Shown here: piece by piece, positions 11,798-23,600 of the stretch
Layout of the letters: each line of letters begins with the position of its first letter
Position numbering within the stretch: the first letter of the stretch is position 1
Assembly (NCBI GenBank): GCA_032718475.1
Contig: JAUCBJ010004507.1
Span: forward strand, 1 to 64,000
Direction: 5' to 3'
Source of the DNA: Nemertoderma westbladi
Taxonomy: Eukaryota > Animalia > Xenacoelomorpha
Length of the DNA: 64,000 bases
Position numbers and translations under genes: made by a program
The notes under the pieces: generated by a model
Told to the model about the DNA's origin: nothing
Database searches by the model: none
Seen by the model: the letters and a program-made list of their open reading frames with translations, nothing else

Positions 11798-12215
11798 AAT
11801 AAAACTTCATAATTAACGAAAATCCCTATTGTACACTCCATTCCGGATTCACAAAATATATGAATCCGCGTTTTACACTGCAATACGGATTGCGTATTTC
11901 AGAATCCGCATATTAAACTCAGTTACGGATTGTATGTAAATCCGGATCCGCCTTTTACACTCGCAAATCCGGGTCCTGATCCGTATCCGGATCCGCGTTT
12001 TACACCTACCCGGAAATTACACTATATTATGGGTCATGGTGTATATATATTAATATAAATTTCCTTGACAACAAAAGTTAATAGAGCAATTCTATCACAA
12101 GTCAAAGTCATCTAATCTACGGTATTGGCTCTCAGAAGGAATTATTTTCGCTCATATTTCAAGGAGATAAAACCAATTTTACATGACACCCAGTATATTC
12201 GTTAGAATCCTCGAA

Positions 12216-13790
12216 CTAAAATGTCAATTTTTGAAGAAAATTGTTTGCTGATTTACCATCATCTTGTAGTTCTTGTATTCCAACGTACAGTGACTTACGG
12301 TGGTCCCCATGCGAGGTCACAGAGGTTGACGTTAGTTTTGTGACGTCACTTCCTTGTATAACCATGACGTCTGTCTCGGAGTCTAAGTCCATTAAGTGTA
12401 TGGATTCTTCCCCGGTTGCTATTAGCAACAAACCATCCCATACACTGAGGTTGTTGGTCAGCTTGGTGGGCAACGCGTTTGTATATACGACGGTCTCTGC
12501 GCCCGATTTAACGCGCAACGTGTAGTCCCCTATGAGCCCGTAGTAGAGCGTGTCATTGTAGACCAGGGGCCATTGCACCCGGGACCCGGGTTCGATCCCA
12601 GGTCCCGCACTTTCGCTCAGTGTGTTGAAGGTTACCAAACCGTCCCGGTAGGTTCCCACGTACAGACTGCCCTCGTGGTAGCACATGGAGTACGGGGCCG
12701 GGGAGACGTCTAACTGTCCAATCCGCTGCGCCGTCCAGGCCTTCGTGCCCTCTGATTGGATGATTTCTTGCTCTTTGCGTCGCCATAGGAACAGGCGTGT
12801 AGCGCTCGGTTTTACCGCGGCTATGGTCCGTGGGTATCGTTTATTCCCGAGGTTGTTGACATGGCAACAGTAAATGATTCCGTGAAAGTCGATAATGAAT
12901 AGGAGCTGTCCGTGGGTGCAGACCGATCGGATCAAATGCGGTTGTTTGATGACGGCGTAAGGGTGGGATTCCAGCCAATCGGGTGCCGTCGTGTTCCACA
13001 GGTATAGGTCTGTGGCGTTCCGACGTTCTACCAGACAGCCGCCGTCGTCCGCGGTTCGGATCTCGGGGTAGAGGAGGGAACCCCCGGTCAGGGGCACCTC
13101 CCGGGTCGTCGTCGGGTTGCTTAGCGACGTCTGTATGAGGGAGCGCCCCGTGGTCGCGTACACCCGGTCGCCATGGGCAACCGTAGCGTACACCGGGTGC
13201 TGGGTGCTCTCGCTGTGTGTGGTTAGGTCGCCCACCTGGATCGATGGTATTCCGTATGTCAGCGACTGACTCCGTTTCACAACATCTGAACTTCCCTGGA
13301 TGCTCCGAGATAAACATAGACTTTTTAATCCAGCTAGTAAGTCTTTCACTTCCGGTGGATTAGCTGACAATCTCATCGTAGTTCCCACCTGAGTTACAAT
13401 ACTAAGATATTCCTCCGCTGTCTTTCTTAGTGTATCTGAATTAATCTCCAGAACTGAGGAACACAAAATGCCAGCTTGTATCGCTAGGAGGCGCTCCTTA
13501 ACCATGATATCCTTCAATTGCGATTGGACCTCGTCGCCTTTCCTTTTTGCTGTCTCGAGGATCATATTGGCTTCTGATTGGTTGGCGTACTTAAGGGCGG
13601 TTTCTATGGCCTTATAGGCCTCCCTCAACAGGCGGTTGGCCCCGGTATTGGCCAGCATCGCGCCAACAGCAATGACCTGCTGACCACATCTCTCTAATCT
13701 CAGCTGTTGGGGAGACCTGGTTGCAGGTGTGGGTTTACGTCTAAACGTTTCTACCAAGTCCATCACATTTATTAGCAATGATTCTGGCAT
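12216..13790 (-). CDS. Uncharacterised 524-aa protein: N-terminal helical/coiled-coil region and C-terminal beta-propeller-like domain
   Basis: Long ATG-initiated ORF in AT-rich flanks. The first ~160 aa look helical; later short beta-strand blades recur (HGDRVYATT, HGQLLFIID, HEGSLYVGT, NDTLYYG, WDGLLLIAT, SLYVG). The fold is inferred by eye. Confidence 0.7.
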   Translation of the reverse strand: MPESLLINVMDLVETFRRKPTPATRSPQQLRLERCGQQVIAVGAMLANTGANRLLREAYKAIETALKYANQSEANMILETAKRKGDEVQSQLKDIMVKERLLAIQAGILCSSVLEINSDTLRKTAEEYLSIVTQVGTTMRLSANPPEVKDLLAGLKSLCLSRSIQGSSDVVKRSQSLTYGIPSIQVGDLTTHSESTQHPVYATVAHGDRVYATTGRSLIQTSLSNPTTTREVPLTGGSLLYPEIRTADDGGCLVERRNATDLYLWNTTAPDWLESHPYAVIKQPHLIRSVCTHGQLLFIIDFHGIIYCCHVNNLGNKRYPRTIAAVKPSATRLFLWRRKEQEIIQSEGTKAWTAQRIGQLDVSPAPYSMCYHEGSLYVGTYRDGLVTFNTLSESAGPGIEPGSRVQWPLVYNDTLYYGLIGDYTLRVKSGAETVVYTNALPTKLTNNLSVWDGLLLIATGEESIHLMDLDSETDVMVIQGSDVTKLTSTSVTSHGDHRKSLYVGIQELQDDGKSANNFLQKLTF

Positions 13791-14158
13791 TTTTTAAGTT
13801 ACAATGGATTTTTAAGAAAATATTTCTGTTGAATTTTAGACATCCATTAAACCCTTCTTGAATGTTTAACAAAACCACTTATATAAATTAATAAATTTAT
13901 TAAGAGTTTGTTTATTTTAGTTGTATTGAATACATAATATAATATCATCTTTACCTATTTACTCCTCCTTGTGTATGTATGAAGTCCTATATTGTAAAAA
14001 TAATAATAATTATTTACTTTATTTATAGGTTATTCACAAAACATTAAACAAATGATTGCTACATTTTGTTTTTGTATGAGGCTGTACTGACAATTTGAAT
14101 AAAAAATAACACATTTAATACCGAAGAAATTGTCTAAAATGAATGGGAGAATTTTTTA

Positions 14159-14255
14159 GGTTCGTTCGGCCAAGGCCTGCTCTGCCATGCCTGTCCACCA
14201 CCATGGGTTCGTTCGGCCAAGGCCTGCTCTGCCATGCCTGTTCACCACCATGGGT
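14159..14255. repeat. Two-copy 47-bp tandem duplication
   Basis: GGTTCGTTCGGCCAAGGCCTGCTCTGCCATGCCTGT(C/T)CACCACCATG at 14159 and 14206. Confidence 0.9.
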
Positions 14256-15493
14256 GATCTTTCACCATAATCATAAATAAATTAAGTAATCACATTAATT
14301 AAAATAGACTATAATATAGTAATTCCCTAAATAACCCCCTTAATATTGGCTAATTTTATATTTCATTAAAGAATATACAGTTAGAGTAAATATAATATTC
14401 TATAAAATAAATTACACAAACAATAGACTGGTATTACCATATGTATAAGCACGAGAGTTATCCTATTTCTTGGAAGGTTGCGGGGTTTACTTGTAATTTG
14501 TAAAACTAACTACAGTTAATAAACAAATCGTCCCAAAGCAGATCTTCAGTGCGGAGATATTGGTTTGGTGTGAAAATAATAATGATTTCAGTTAAAATTG
14601 CAAATGTTTATGTGAACATAATAGTTTAGGATTTTAATTCAATTGGTATTCTTATACAATGGTGCCAAATTGGTTGGCATATTATCAAAAAATTGTTCTT
14701 ACATTACTGGGTATCTGTGTGGCTAATAAATTTTCTAAGGATGTTAATATCGTCTGTTAGTACCTAAAGACCCCATACTCAATTTTTGTGATTTTAAAAA
14801 GGAGAAGCAAAAACTGTTTCTTTTAGATGTAATAAATAGGACATCATAGATTGAAATTTTTTTAATGATCAAATATTTACTTTAGAAATAGAATGATAAT
14901 ATAAAATAGTTATATTTCAATCAAAATGAGCCTCCGATATCCTCAGAATTTTCGATTTTGCTGTTAAATTTTAAAAAAGTGAAATCGCACCCTTCGTATT
15001 GCGGCCATTCTTCACATTTTTTTCCTCTTGAACATTAATTAATTTCACCATTACCTGGAATATTAGTGTCTTTATTCAGGTACACCCCCCCCCCCCCAAA
15101 TTTTTCTACAAATCTTAATGAGATTGCAACATGTGAAATTTGCAACATAGATAGTTTCACCTCCCGACCACTGACTGGGTGAGCCAGAATTTATATTTTC
15201 GCTTTCATTCTTTAGCTACAAGCATTTGGAAAAAGTGTCTCCGGCGACATTTTACCATGCACACCGCAGTTAATATTCACCATTATAGTGATTTGTTTGT
15301 ACTATTCAAAAAAAGCTGGCTGTGCAAGGATTTCAAATATGTAAGATAATCTAAATGTCTTCGTAAAATAGCTGATTTTATTTATTGATCTATTAGGGCC
15401 TTGAACTTAAGCGACGATATGTTTTCTGTTTTGTGTTACATTAATCCCGCCCCGAGTCTACCAAGGGACTTTTTTTACTGACCCCACCATTGG

Positions 15494-16472
15494 GGTGTCG
15501 TCGCGTTACGGCTAATACCGCGTTACGGCTAATTTTTTGAGAGATTAGCCGTAACGCGACTTTCAAAGTCGCGTTACGGCTACTCTAAAATGTATGTTCT
15601 TCGACAACCTCACATTCAATATAATATTGTATTCTATAGTATTCTTAGTCACAGCCTCAAACACAGGTACCGAATACAGCCATTAATAGCAGCCGAAGAA
15701 GCAATGAGTGGTTTTGTGGAACATATTCCACTACTTCATATCGATGTTGTTAACCAACGCCTGGCTCGCTACCGAGACCATATGGCGTTCTGTTTGGGGA
15801 CTGACAAGCAGGCAATGGCCGTTGAAACCAGTTGAAGGTCCAGCTGCATTGGGAGGGGGTGGTGATCCCGACTGGCATGTTGGTGTAGTGAACCACACCT
15901 TCGCGGCTGAACTATTTCTTCCCGACCACCCCTCCGTGGTCGAACCATTCCAAACCACCCCACCACCGAACCAAATGCCATACGCGGGCGATGACTGGCT
16001 AATTCAAGACGTTTAGTTTTAGATACTTTTGATTTGATTATTATAATGATAAATTCAAAGTGCAATATTTCGGCAAAATACTGATATACTTTCGACCAAT
16101 TTACCTATATGGTACTGTGTACTGCGGTACTCAATGCAACCAAAATAATACAATAATTAATAAATTAAGTTTTTTTAGTTAAAATCCCCCCCCCCCCCCC
16201 CCCCCCTCCCCTGGATACTCCCATGCTGTAAAACATTATTACATTAAATTGTACGAACCTTTCTCATCTGTACGTAAACACCATAGAATAATATTGATAA
16301 TGATTCCCTATGTAAAACCAAGACAATAGATTAGCCGTAACGCGACAATTAGCCGTAACGCGACTTTTTGAGTAGCCGTACCGCGACTTTCAAAGTCGCG
16401 TTACGGCTACTCAGAAAATTAGCCGTAACGCGACTTTCCGTAACGCGACATTAGCCGTACCGCCACTGCGCC
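15494..16472. mobile_element. Non-autonomous TIR element with subterminal TAGCCGTAACGCGAC repeats (MITE/MULE-like)
   Basis: Left end GGTGTCGTCGCGTTACGGCTAAT versus reverse complement of the right end GGCGCAGTGGCGGTACGGCTAAT. Several copies of the 15-mer occur in both orientations at both ends. No clean TSD was found. Confidence 0.7.
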
Positions 16473-17258
16473 AGTGTAGACAGACTAAGAAACAAACAAT
16501 CCCGAATCTCTCAGTCAGCCCGTAGAGCCAGAAAAACAACCACAATGAATCACATTATCATCCAGACACTTTTCAATGTCACCAGTGCCCTTGAGGAGCA
16601 GGCGTGGAAAATGTTACTGACTGGCCGTGGCCAGTGGCCACTGTGTTCAACCCAGAAGGTTGCCATATCATAAGGGCGTGTTCAGAACAGGCTGATCCTT
16701 CAGGTCACAGCAGTGACCTGCTAGCTTGAACAGAAGTGGCTGAACGCAGAGAGAGCTGGGTTTTGACAATGGGGTACCACCCTAATTGCAGAGTACCTCA
16801 TGATGTCTTATAATATATATAATCTGTGTCATACAGCATTGTAAACTCCCCCTAACATCTAACATATCTGCCATTCAGGTATCTGCAGTCCCCCAACAGA
16901 TACAGTTCGCATGTCCTCTTCCCCCGGTCTTTGATTTTGTTTTTCTCCCACAGGAAGCGGTTGATGAGAACTGTAAAGGACGGGTCACCTCTCTTGCCAT
17001 CCCCTCTCTGAACCAACCATCTGTCTACCACGAACCCCAGGCTCTGGCCTCCCTGGCACTCACGGAACTAAGTCGTCAGGACTCTGGCGTCAGAATCGTA
17101 TCAAAGGGGCCCCGAGCTCAAATTGATTCTATACAGTACAGTAACAGGTAAAGTATTACTTGTCTATGTTCTATGGTGATTTTTAGCTAATTCTTCGTCC
17201 TCATTCACCTTATTAATGTCTGAAACACAATCAAACTATTATCGGTTTACTGTAAGAT

Positions 17259-17459
17259 TTAGCGCAGTGGCAGCAGTTGATTGGTATTGACAGATGGGGG
17301 CCCATGAGGACGTAAATTGCTGACATACAAGAAGGTATCATGTCGTATTTCCAGGTGTATCTTTTACCTGAGCCGCTAGCTGAATGGTTAGAGCGTCAGA
17401 CTTCCACACTGGATGTCACCATAGTTCAATCCCATCTGGACGTTTAAGCTGTCCCCAAC
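17259..17459 (+). repeat. Dispersed repeat containing an internal tRNA-like segment (copy 1)
   Basis: TAGCTGAATGG (A box) ... AGTTCAATCCC (B box) at ~17370-17445. The whole ~200 bp aligns with the reverse complement of 45254-45473. Confidence 0.75.
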
Positions 17460-17821
17460 GACAATTTTATAACGAACCCAATCAAGCGTCATTCTAAACA
17501 CAAATAAACCGAGAAGCGATATCGTACTCCAGGTGACCGACATCGTTGATTTAATTATGTCGATTTGTGTCGCGCCTTTAGTAGCGTAAAGTGGATGGAA
17601 TTAGTGAAACATGGGGTAATTAAATATAATAAACTGTCACTGTTTACGCTTACGGTCGGGCAAATATTGTTTCTTATTACAAACGCAAAATAATGATACA
17701 CAGATAGTCTAGATTTATTGTTTGGTCGCTTGTTGGTTTTCTTTCATTATAATGACAATCGAACTCAAAAAAAGATTTCCATGTTTTATTTGTTTTGAAT
17801 CTTAATGAACTAACAATTTAA

Positions 17822-19480
17822 TTATAGCCTAGACGGCGTTGACACAGATCTAGGCTTTTTCCAGCAACTCCAACAACTGTCCAACCTGTACATCTTCCTC
17901 AGCGTTCGTCTCAACGACTTGTTCCTCAACCCGTATAGTACCGGGTTGAATGTTGTGTTCATGTAGACCAGCCAAACCGAAATGTCGTAGAGAACGGTGA
18001 CGTAACAAGGCTGGTTTTCTTCGAAGTTCAGGGCCCACATGATTGTGTATGGAACCTGGCAAACCACGTACACCGTCACCAACACGAATATCGTCTGCGC
18101 CACTTGACGGTCATTTTGGAATCGCTTTTCTTGTTTTCGTTGCTCCCGAATAATGCCAGGGGGCTGCCTGGTTTGCTGTGCTATATCGAACGTGTTCAAC
18201 CTAGTCCGCCCGACGTTTGTTGGCGAGTATTTATCTTCATCAGAGGAATCTTCACCCCAACCACCGTAGCTGGTTGTTGTCGAATATCTATTCCTACTTT
18301 TGCGCTGTATTGTATTTTTTTCGTTGTCATCTGCGACCGTGACCGTACCACAATGCTCCCGTGCTATGGGATTCACTGACATCCAGTCCATTACGTCAGC
18401 TTTACCTGAAGGTAACCCATCTATTAGCAGAGTGAATTTTATAAGATGGACAGCCGCAAATGAATATATGAATTCCTTATGACTATTATCATGATATATA
18501 ACACGGTCGGTCATGAAACTGTACTGCACTGTAAGCTTCCTACGATGTTCACCTATAATCGATTCCTCGTTATCAATTTCGCTAGGAATACTGCTGACAC
18601 TCTCCGAGCCTATGATGAAGGTCTGTGAACCGCCATAGGGGTCTCCCCTACTCCGACCCTTCCCGTACTTCATGCTTAGTGCACGAGTTCGAACACGCGC
18701 TCGGTAGATAAAACTACTCCTTTTTTTACGACTGGATGTTATCGATGCGTGAACGCTTCCTGTTTTGGGTTGCTCTGTTGTTAGCGAGGAAAGCGACACT
18801 GTGCTACTGCCTGTCGTGGCGTGGTTGTCCAGCGACGCGTGACGTAGTCTGCGCAAGTTGTTTCGGATTACTCTATAGACGGCGTGGTTGAGTACTATTA
18901 GTGTCAGCAGAGGTATATAGGTGAATATTACGGTTGTAGTCACGTGGAAACCCAGGTCGTGGGCCCATTCTTCCACACACACAGTGGGGTCCGTCGGTTC
19001 TACAGTAAAGCCCAACGACCGTCTGATATCATCCCAGAAAAGCGTGGGAATTCCGATGATACAGAAAGGTATAATCCAGCAGGCTGCCAATAGGAACGCG
19101 ATGACAGAGCGACTGCGTCTGTATGTATGCATACGGGTTATAATCATGTATCGATCGTAAGTGATGACGCAGATAGTGAGTGTGCTAGCCGAGTATCCCA
19201 ACCAATCAGCTACCAACCCTATTTTGCACCAAGGGCTGTCGCCAATTGGGTAGGGGAGGAGATTGAGTTTGTTGCAAAGACTGAAAGGCGCCTCGATGGC
19301 CATCAGAAGGAAGTTGGCGAGGGCTAGTTGGAGGATGGGAAGGTTTCCGGTAATCCGAACGCGTTTATCGTATATGAAGGCTGCGATTATAGATCCGTTG
19401 GCGAAACACGAGAACACCGCTGCAGAGCTAATGATAACTAATACAAAGCCCTTAGCTAGTTCGGAATAACACACCAACAT
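17822..19480 (-). CDS. Rhodopsin-class GPCR, aminergic (muscarinic/histamine H3-like), intronless, paralog 1
   Basis: Seven hydrophobic segments; TM1 ANGS, TM3 C...D3.32...DRY, TM4 W, long ICL3, TM6 CQVPY, TM7 WLVYMNTTFNPVLY. Confidence 0.93.
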   Translation of the reverse strand: MLVCYSELAKGFVLVIISSAAVFSCFANGSIIAAFIYDKRVRITGNLPILQLALANFLLMAIEAPFSLCNKLNLLPYPIGDSPWCKIGLVADWLGYSASTLTICVITYDRYMIITRMHTYRRSRSVIAFLLAACWIIPFCIIGIPTLFWDDIRRSLGFTVEPTDPTVCVEEWAHDLGFHVTTTVIFTYIPLLTLIVLNHAVYRVIRNNLRRLRHASLDNHATTGSSTVSLSSLTTEQPKTGSVHASITSSRKKRSSFIYRARVRTRALSMKYGKGRSRGDPYGGSQTFIIGSESVSSIPSEIDNEESIIGEHRRKLTVQYSFMTDRVIYHDNSHKEFIYSFAAVHLIKFTLLIDGLPSGKADVMDWMSVNPIAREHCGTVTVADDNEKNTIQRKSRNRYSTTTSYGGWGEDSSDEDKYSPTNVGRTRLNTFDIAQQTRQPPGIIREQRKQEKRFQNDRQVAQTIFVLVTVYVVCQVPYTIMWALNFEENQPCYVTVLYDISVWLVYMNTTFNPVLYGLRNKSLRRTLRKMYRLDSCWSCWKKPRSVSTPSRL

Positions 19481-19719
19481 TGCGTAATTATTGTGTTTTG
19501 AATGTTAATTAAAAAAATATTATTTTGGTTCAACAATAATATTGTGCAGCCTATATAAACTTGAACTAATTCTACATAATTAATTAATCTTTAACAAGCA
19601 TGTTTTGAGGTTCACAGTTCAGATAAATTTATCTAGTTAACAGACATACAATTCAATTATTTGTGGTTCAGTTTTACCTGAGTTATTCTACCTTTGTTTG
19701 CGTGTGTCAATGTCCTATT

Positions 19720-20110
19720 GACATTGGGCTGTTTATCGCATGAAAGGCGTCCTTGTGGCTGCATTCCAGTAGATAGGGAGGCCTTCGAGCAGCATGCTTG
19801 TTTCTAAAAGTAGAACATGCTGGAATGTGGATATATCAAAATGATAATAGCAAATAAACAGTCCACCTCCCACATAAATGCGCCCTTCTGATGAATACCT
19901 GGTGTTTTTTGAGGGGGAGGGGGGGGAGGGGGAGGGGGGTAGGAGGAGGGGGGAGGGGGGGGCATTACCGCGTTATTCGAGTCTGTCCTTTGGATGATTT
20001 GGCAAGGCAGAAGTGCCGAAACGAAAACTACCCTGGCCCCCATGCGGGTATCGAACCCACGACCTCCGAGAGATGTGAATTCAATACAACCACTACACCA
20101 AGGTGGGACT
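19720..20110 (-). mobile_element. tRNA-derived SINE-like element
   Basis: Minus-strand head TGGTGTAGTGG (A box) ... GGGTTCGATACC (B box) at 20110-20040, followed by a GC-richer body with an internal poly-C/G tract (19911-19962). The 3' boundary is uncertain. Confidence 0.55.
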
Positions 20111-20649
20111 TAAATGTATATAGGATCATCAAAACACTCTAAAGTTATCTGCTGCAGTTATACAAAATTGTAATATTAACGGCATATTGGACCTTCAAAG
20201 TATTCACATCAAAGTAAGTAAAATGTTCGAACGTCATATTTTTCCACGAAATTAGAAGAGCTTCCATATTATGTAAAGTTCTCCATAAAAGGAAATAATG
20301 GCAAAGTGTAAATGATAATTTAAAATTTAAATGAAAAATAATGGCACAGTAAAGTTAAGGTCTAATTGATATTAATTACTTCTATATTGAATGTGCAACA
20401 TATTATATGTTGTCATTTAATTTTATTATGTGGTAAACAACACCCCGGTGTTAATAATTGCGCATTGGTCACATTCAAGGAATAAAATCAATGATAACAT
20501 TACTGTAGTTAACATATTAATATTAATTTTTTATTAAATACCAGGTTACAGATATATGAATATAATTATATTAGCAAAATTAGAGGTAATACTAAAAGCT
20601 ATACCATGCAGATACAACTTAGACCTTATTAGTTTCGCTTGCTTGGTCT

Positions 20650-23600
20650 TTCGCTACCACACCAATCAATATGTACGTGTACAATAGGTGACAGTTCGGG
20701 TTCGCTACCACACCAATCAATATGTACGTGTACAATAGGTAGCAGGGTCGGGTTCGCTACCACACCAATCAATATGTACATGTACAATAGGTGGCAGTTT
20801 GGGTTCGCTACCACACCAATCAATATGTACGTGTACAATAGGTGGCAGTTCGGGTTCGCTACCACACCAATCAATATGTACATGTACAATAGGTGGCAGT
20901 TCGGGTTCGCTACCACACCAATTAATATGTACGTGTACAATAGGTGGCAGTTCGGGTTCGCTACCACACCAATCAATATGTACGTGTACAATAGGTGGCA
21001 GTTTGGGTTCGCTACCACACCAATCAATATGTACGTGTACAATAGGTGGCAGTTCGGGTTCGCTACCACACCAATCAATATGTACGTGTACAATAGGTGG
21101 CAGTTCGGGTTCGCTACCACACCAATCAATCTGTACGTGTACAATAGGTGGCAGTTCGGGTTCGCTACCACACCAATCAATATGTACGTGTACAGTACAA
21201 TAGGTGGCAGTTCGGGTTCGCTACCACACCAATCAATATGTACGTGTACAATAGGTGAGCAGTTCGGGTTCGCTACCACACCAATCAATATGTACGTGTA
21301 CAATAGGTAGCAGGGTGGGTTCGCTACCACACCAATCAATATGTACATGTACAATAGGTGGCAGTTCGGGTTCGCTACCACACCAATCAATATGTACGTG
21401 TACAATAGGTGGCAGTTTGGGTTCGCTACCACACCAATCAATATGTACATGTACAATAGGTGGCAGTTCGGGTTCGCTACCACACCAATCAATATGTACG
21501 TGTACAATAGGTGGCAGTTCGGGTTCGCTACCACACCAATCAATATGTACGTGTACAATAGGTGGCAGTTTGGGTTCGCTACCACACCAATCAATATGTA
21601 CGTGTACAATAGGTGGCAGTTCGGGTTCGCTACCACACCAATCAATATGTACGTGTACAATAGGTGGCAGTTCGGGTTCGCTACCACACCAATCAATCTG
21701 TACGTGTACAATAGGTGGCAGTTCGGGTTCGCTACCACACCAATCAATATGTACGTGTACAGTACAATAGGTAGCAGGTCGGGTTCGCTACCACACCAAT
21801 CAATATGTACGTGTACAATAGGTGGCAGTTCGGGTTCGCTACCACACCAATCAATATGTACGTGTACAATAGGTGGCAGTTCGGGTTCGCTACCACACCA
21901 ATTAATATGTACGTGTACAATAGGTGGCAGTTCGGGTTCGCTACCACACCAATCAATATGTACGTGTACAATAGGTGGCAGTTCGGGTTCGCTACCACAC
22001 CAATCAATATGTACGGTCGTACAATAGGTAGCAGGTCGGGTTCGCTACCACACCAATCAATATGTACGTGTACAATAGGTGGCAGTTCGGGTTCGCTACC
22101 ACACCAATCAATATGTACGTGTACAATAGGTGGCAGTTCGGGTTCGCTACCACACCAATCAATATGTACGTGTACAGTACAATAGGTAGCAGGACGGGTT
22201 CGCTACCACACCAATCAATATGTACGTGTACAGTACAATAGGTAGCAGTTCGGGTTCGCTACCACACCAATCAATATGTACGTGTACAATAGGTGGCAGT
22301 TCGGGTTCGCTACCACACCAATCAATATGTACGTGTACAATAGGTAGCAGGGTGGGTTCGCTACCACACCAATCAATATGTACGTGTACAATAGGTGGCA
22401 GTTCGGGTTCGCTACCACACCAATCAATCTGTACGTGTACAATAGGTGGCAGTTCGGGTTCGCTACCACACCAATCGATATGTACATGTACAATAGGTGG
22501 CAGTTCGGGTTCGCTACCACACCAATCGATATGTACATGTACAATAGGTGGCAGTTCGGGTTCGCTACCACACCAATCAATATGTACATGTACAATAGGT
22601 GGCAGTTCGGGTTCGCTACCACACCAATCGATATGTACATGTACAATAGGTAGCAGTTCGGGGTCGCTACCACACCAATCAATATGTACGTGTACAATAG
22701 GTGGCAGTTCGGGTTCGCTACCACACCAATCAATATGTACGTGTACAATAGGTGGCAGTTCGGGTTCGCTACCACACCAATCGATATGTACATGTACAAT
22801 AGGTGGCAGTTCGGGTTCGCTACCACACCAATCAATATGTACGTGTACAATAGGTGGCAGTTCGGGTTCGCTACCACACCAATCAATATGTATGTGTACA
22901 ATAGGTGGCAGTTCGGGTTCGCTACCACACCAATCAATATGTACGTGTACAATAGGTGGCAGTTCGGGTTCGCTACCACACCAATCGATATGTACATGTA
23001 CAATAGGTGGCAGTTCGGGTTCGCTACCACACCAATTAATATGTACGTGTACAATAGGTGGCAGTTTGGGTTCGCTACCACACCAATCAATATGTACGTG
23101 TACAATAGGTGGCAGTTCGGGTTCGCTACCACACCAATCAATATGTACGTGTACAATAGGTAGCAGGGTGGGTTCGCTACCACACCAATCAATATGTACG
23201 TGTACAATAGGTAGCAGGGTGGGTTCGCTACCACACCAATTAATATGTACGTGTACAATAGGTGGCAGTTCGGGTTCGCTACCACACCAATTAATATGTA
23301 CGTGTACAATAGGTGGCAGTTTGGGTTCGCTACCACACCAATCAATATGTACGTGTACAATAGGTGGCAGTTCGGGTTCGCTACCACACCAATCAATATG
23401 TACGTGTACAATAGGTAGCAGGGTCGGGTTCGCTACCACACCAATCAATATGTACGTGTACAATAGGTAGCAGGGTGGGTTCGCTACCACACCAATCAAT
23501 ATGTACGTGTACAATAGGTGGCAGTTCGGGTTCGCTACCACACCAATCAATATGTACGTGTACAATAGGTAGCAGGGTCGGGTTCGCTACCACACCAATT

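Larger units (their letters stand above)
615..12011. mobile_element. Non-autonomous foldback / Mutator-like (MULE) DNA transposon with long inverted arms of tandem repeats
   Basis: Left end GGGTCAGAGTAAAACGCGGATCCGGAT matches the reverse complement of the right end (GGGTAGGTGTAAAACGCGGATCCGGAT). Perfect 9-bp TSD GGAAATTAC at 606-614 and 12012-12020. The arms are 53-bp repeats in opposite orientation around a short spacer (~10380-10460). No transposase is visible. Confidence 0.88.

Noticed and set aside
14150-14256. 47-bp duplication as an exon (TTTTTTAG before it, GT after it)
   Set aside because: No neighbouring plus-strand gene or other exons to connect it to.
16500-17130. GC-richer stretch that looks coding
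   Set aside because: Only short frames and no recognisable motif. Possibly a decayed TE fragment, but it cannot be supported.
17370-17445. Functional tRNA genes (also 45285-45357 and 20040-20110)
   Set aside because: A/B boxes are present but the acceptor and anticodon stems pair poorly. Treated as tRNA-derived repeats.
19911-19962. G-rich tract as a regulatory G-quadruplex for GPCR paralog 1
   Set aside because: It lies inside a SINE-like repeat, and similar poly-G/C tracts occur elsewhere in the window. Such tracts are also error-prone in sequencing.
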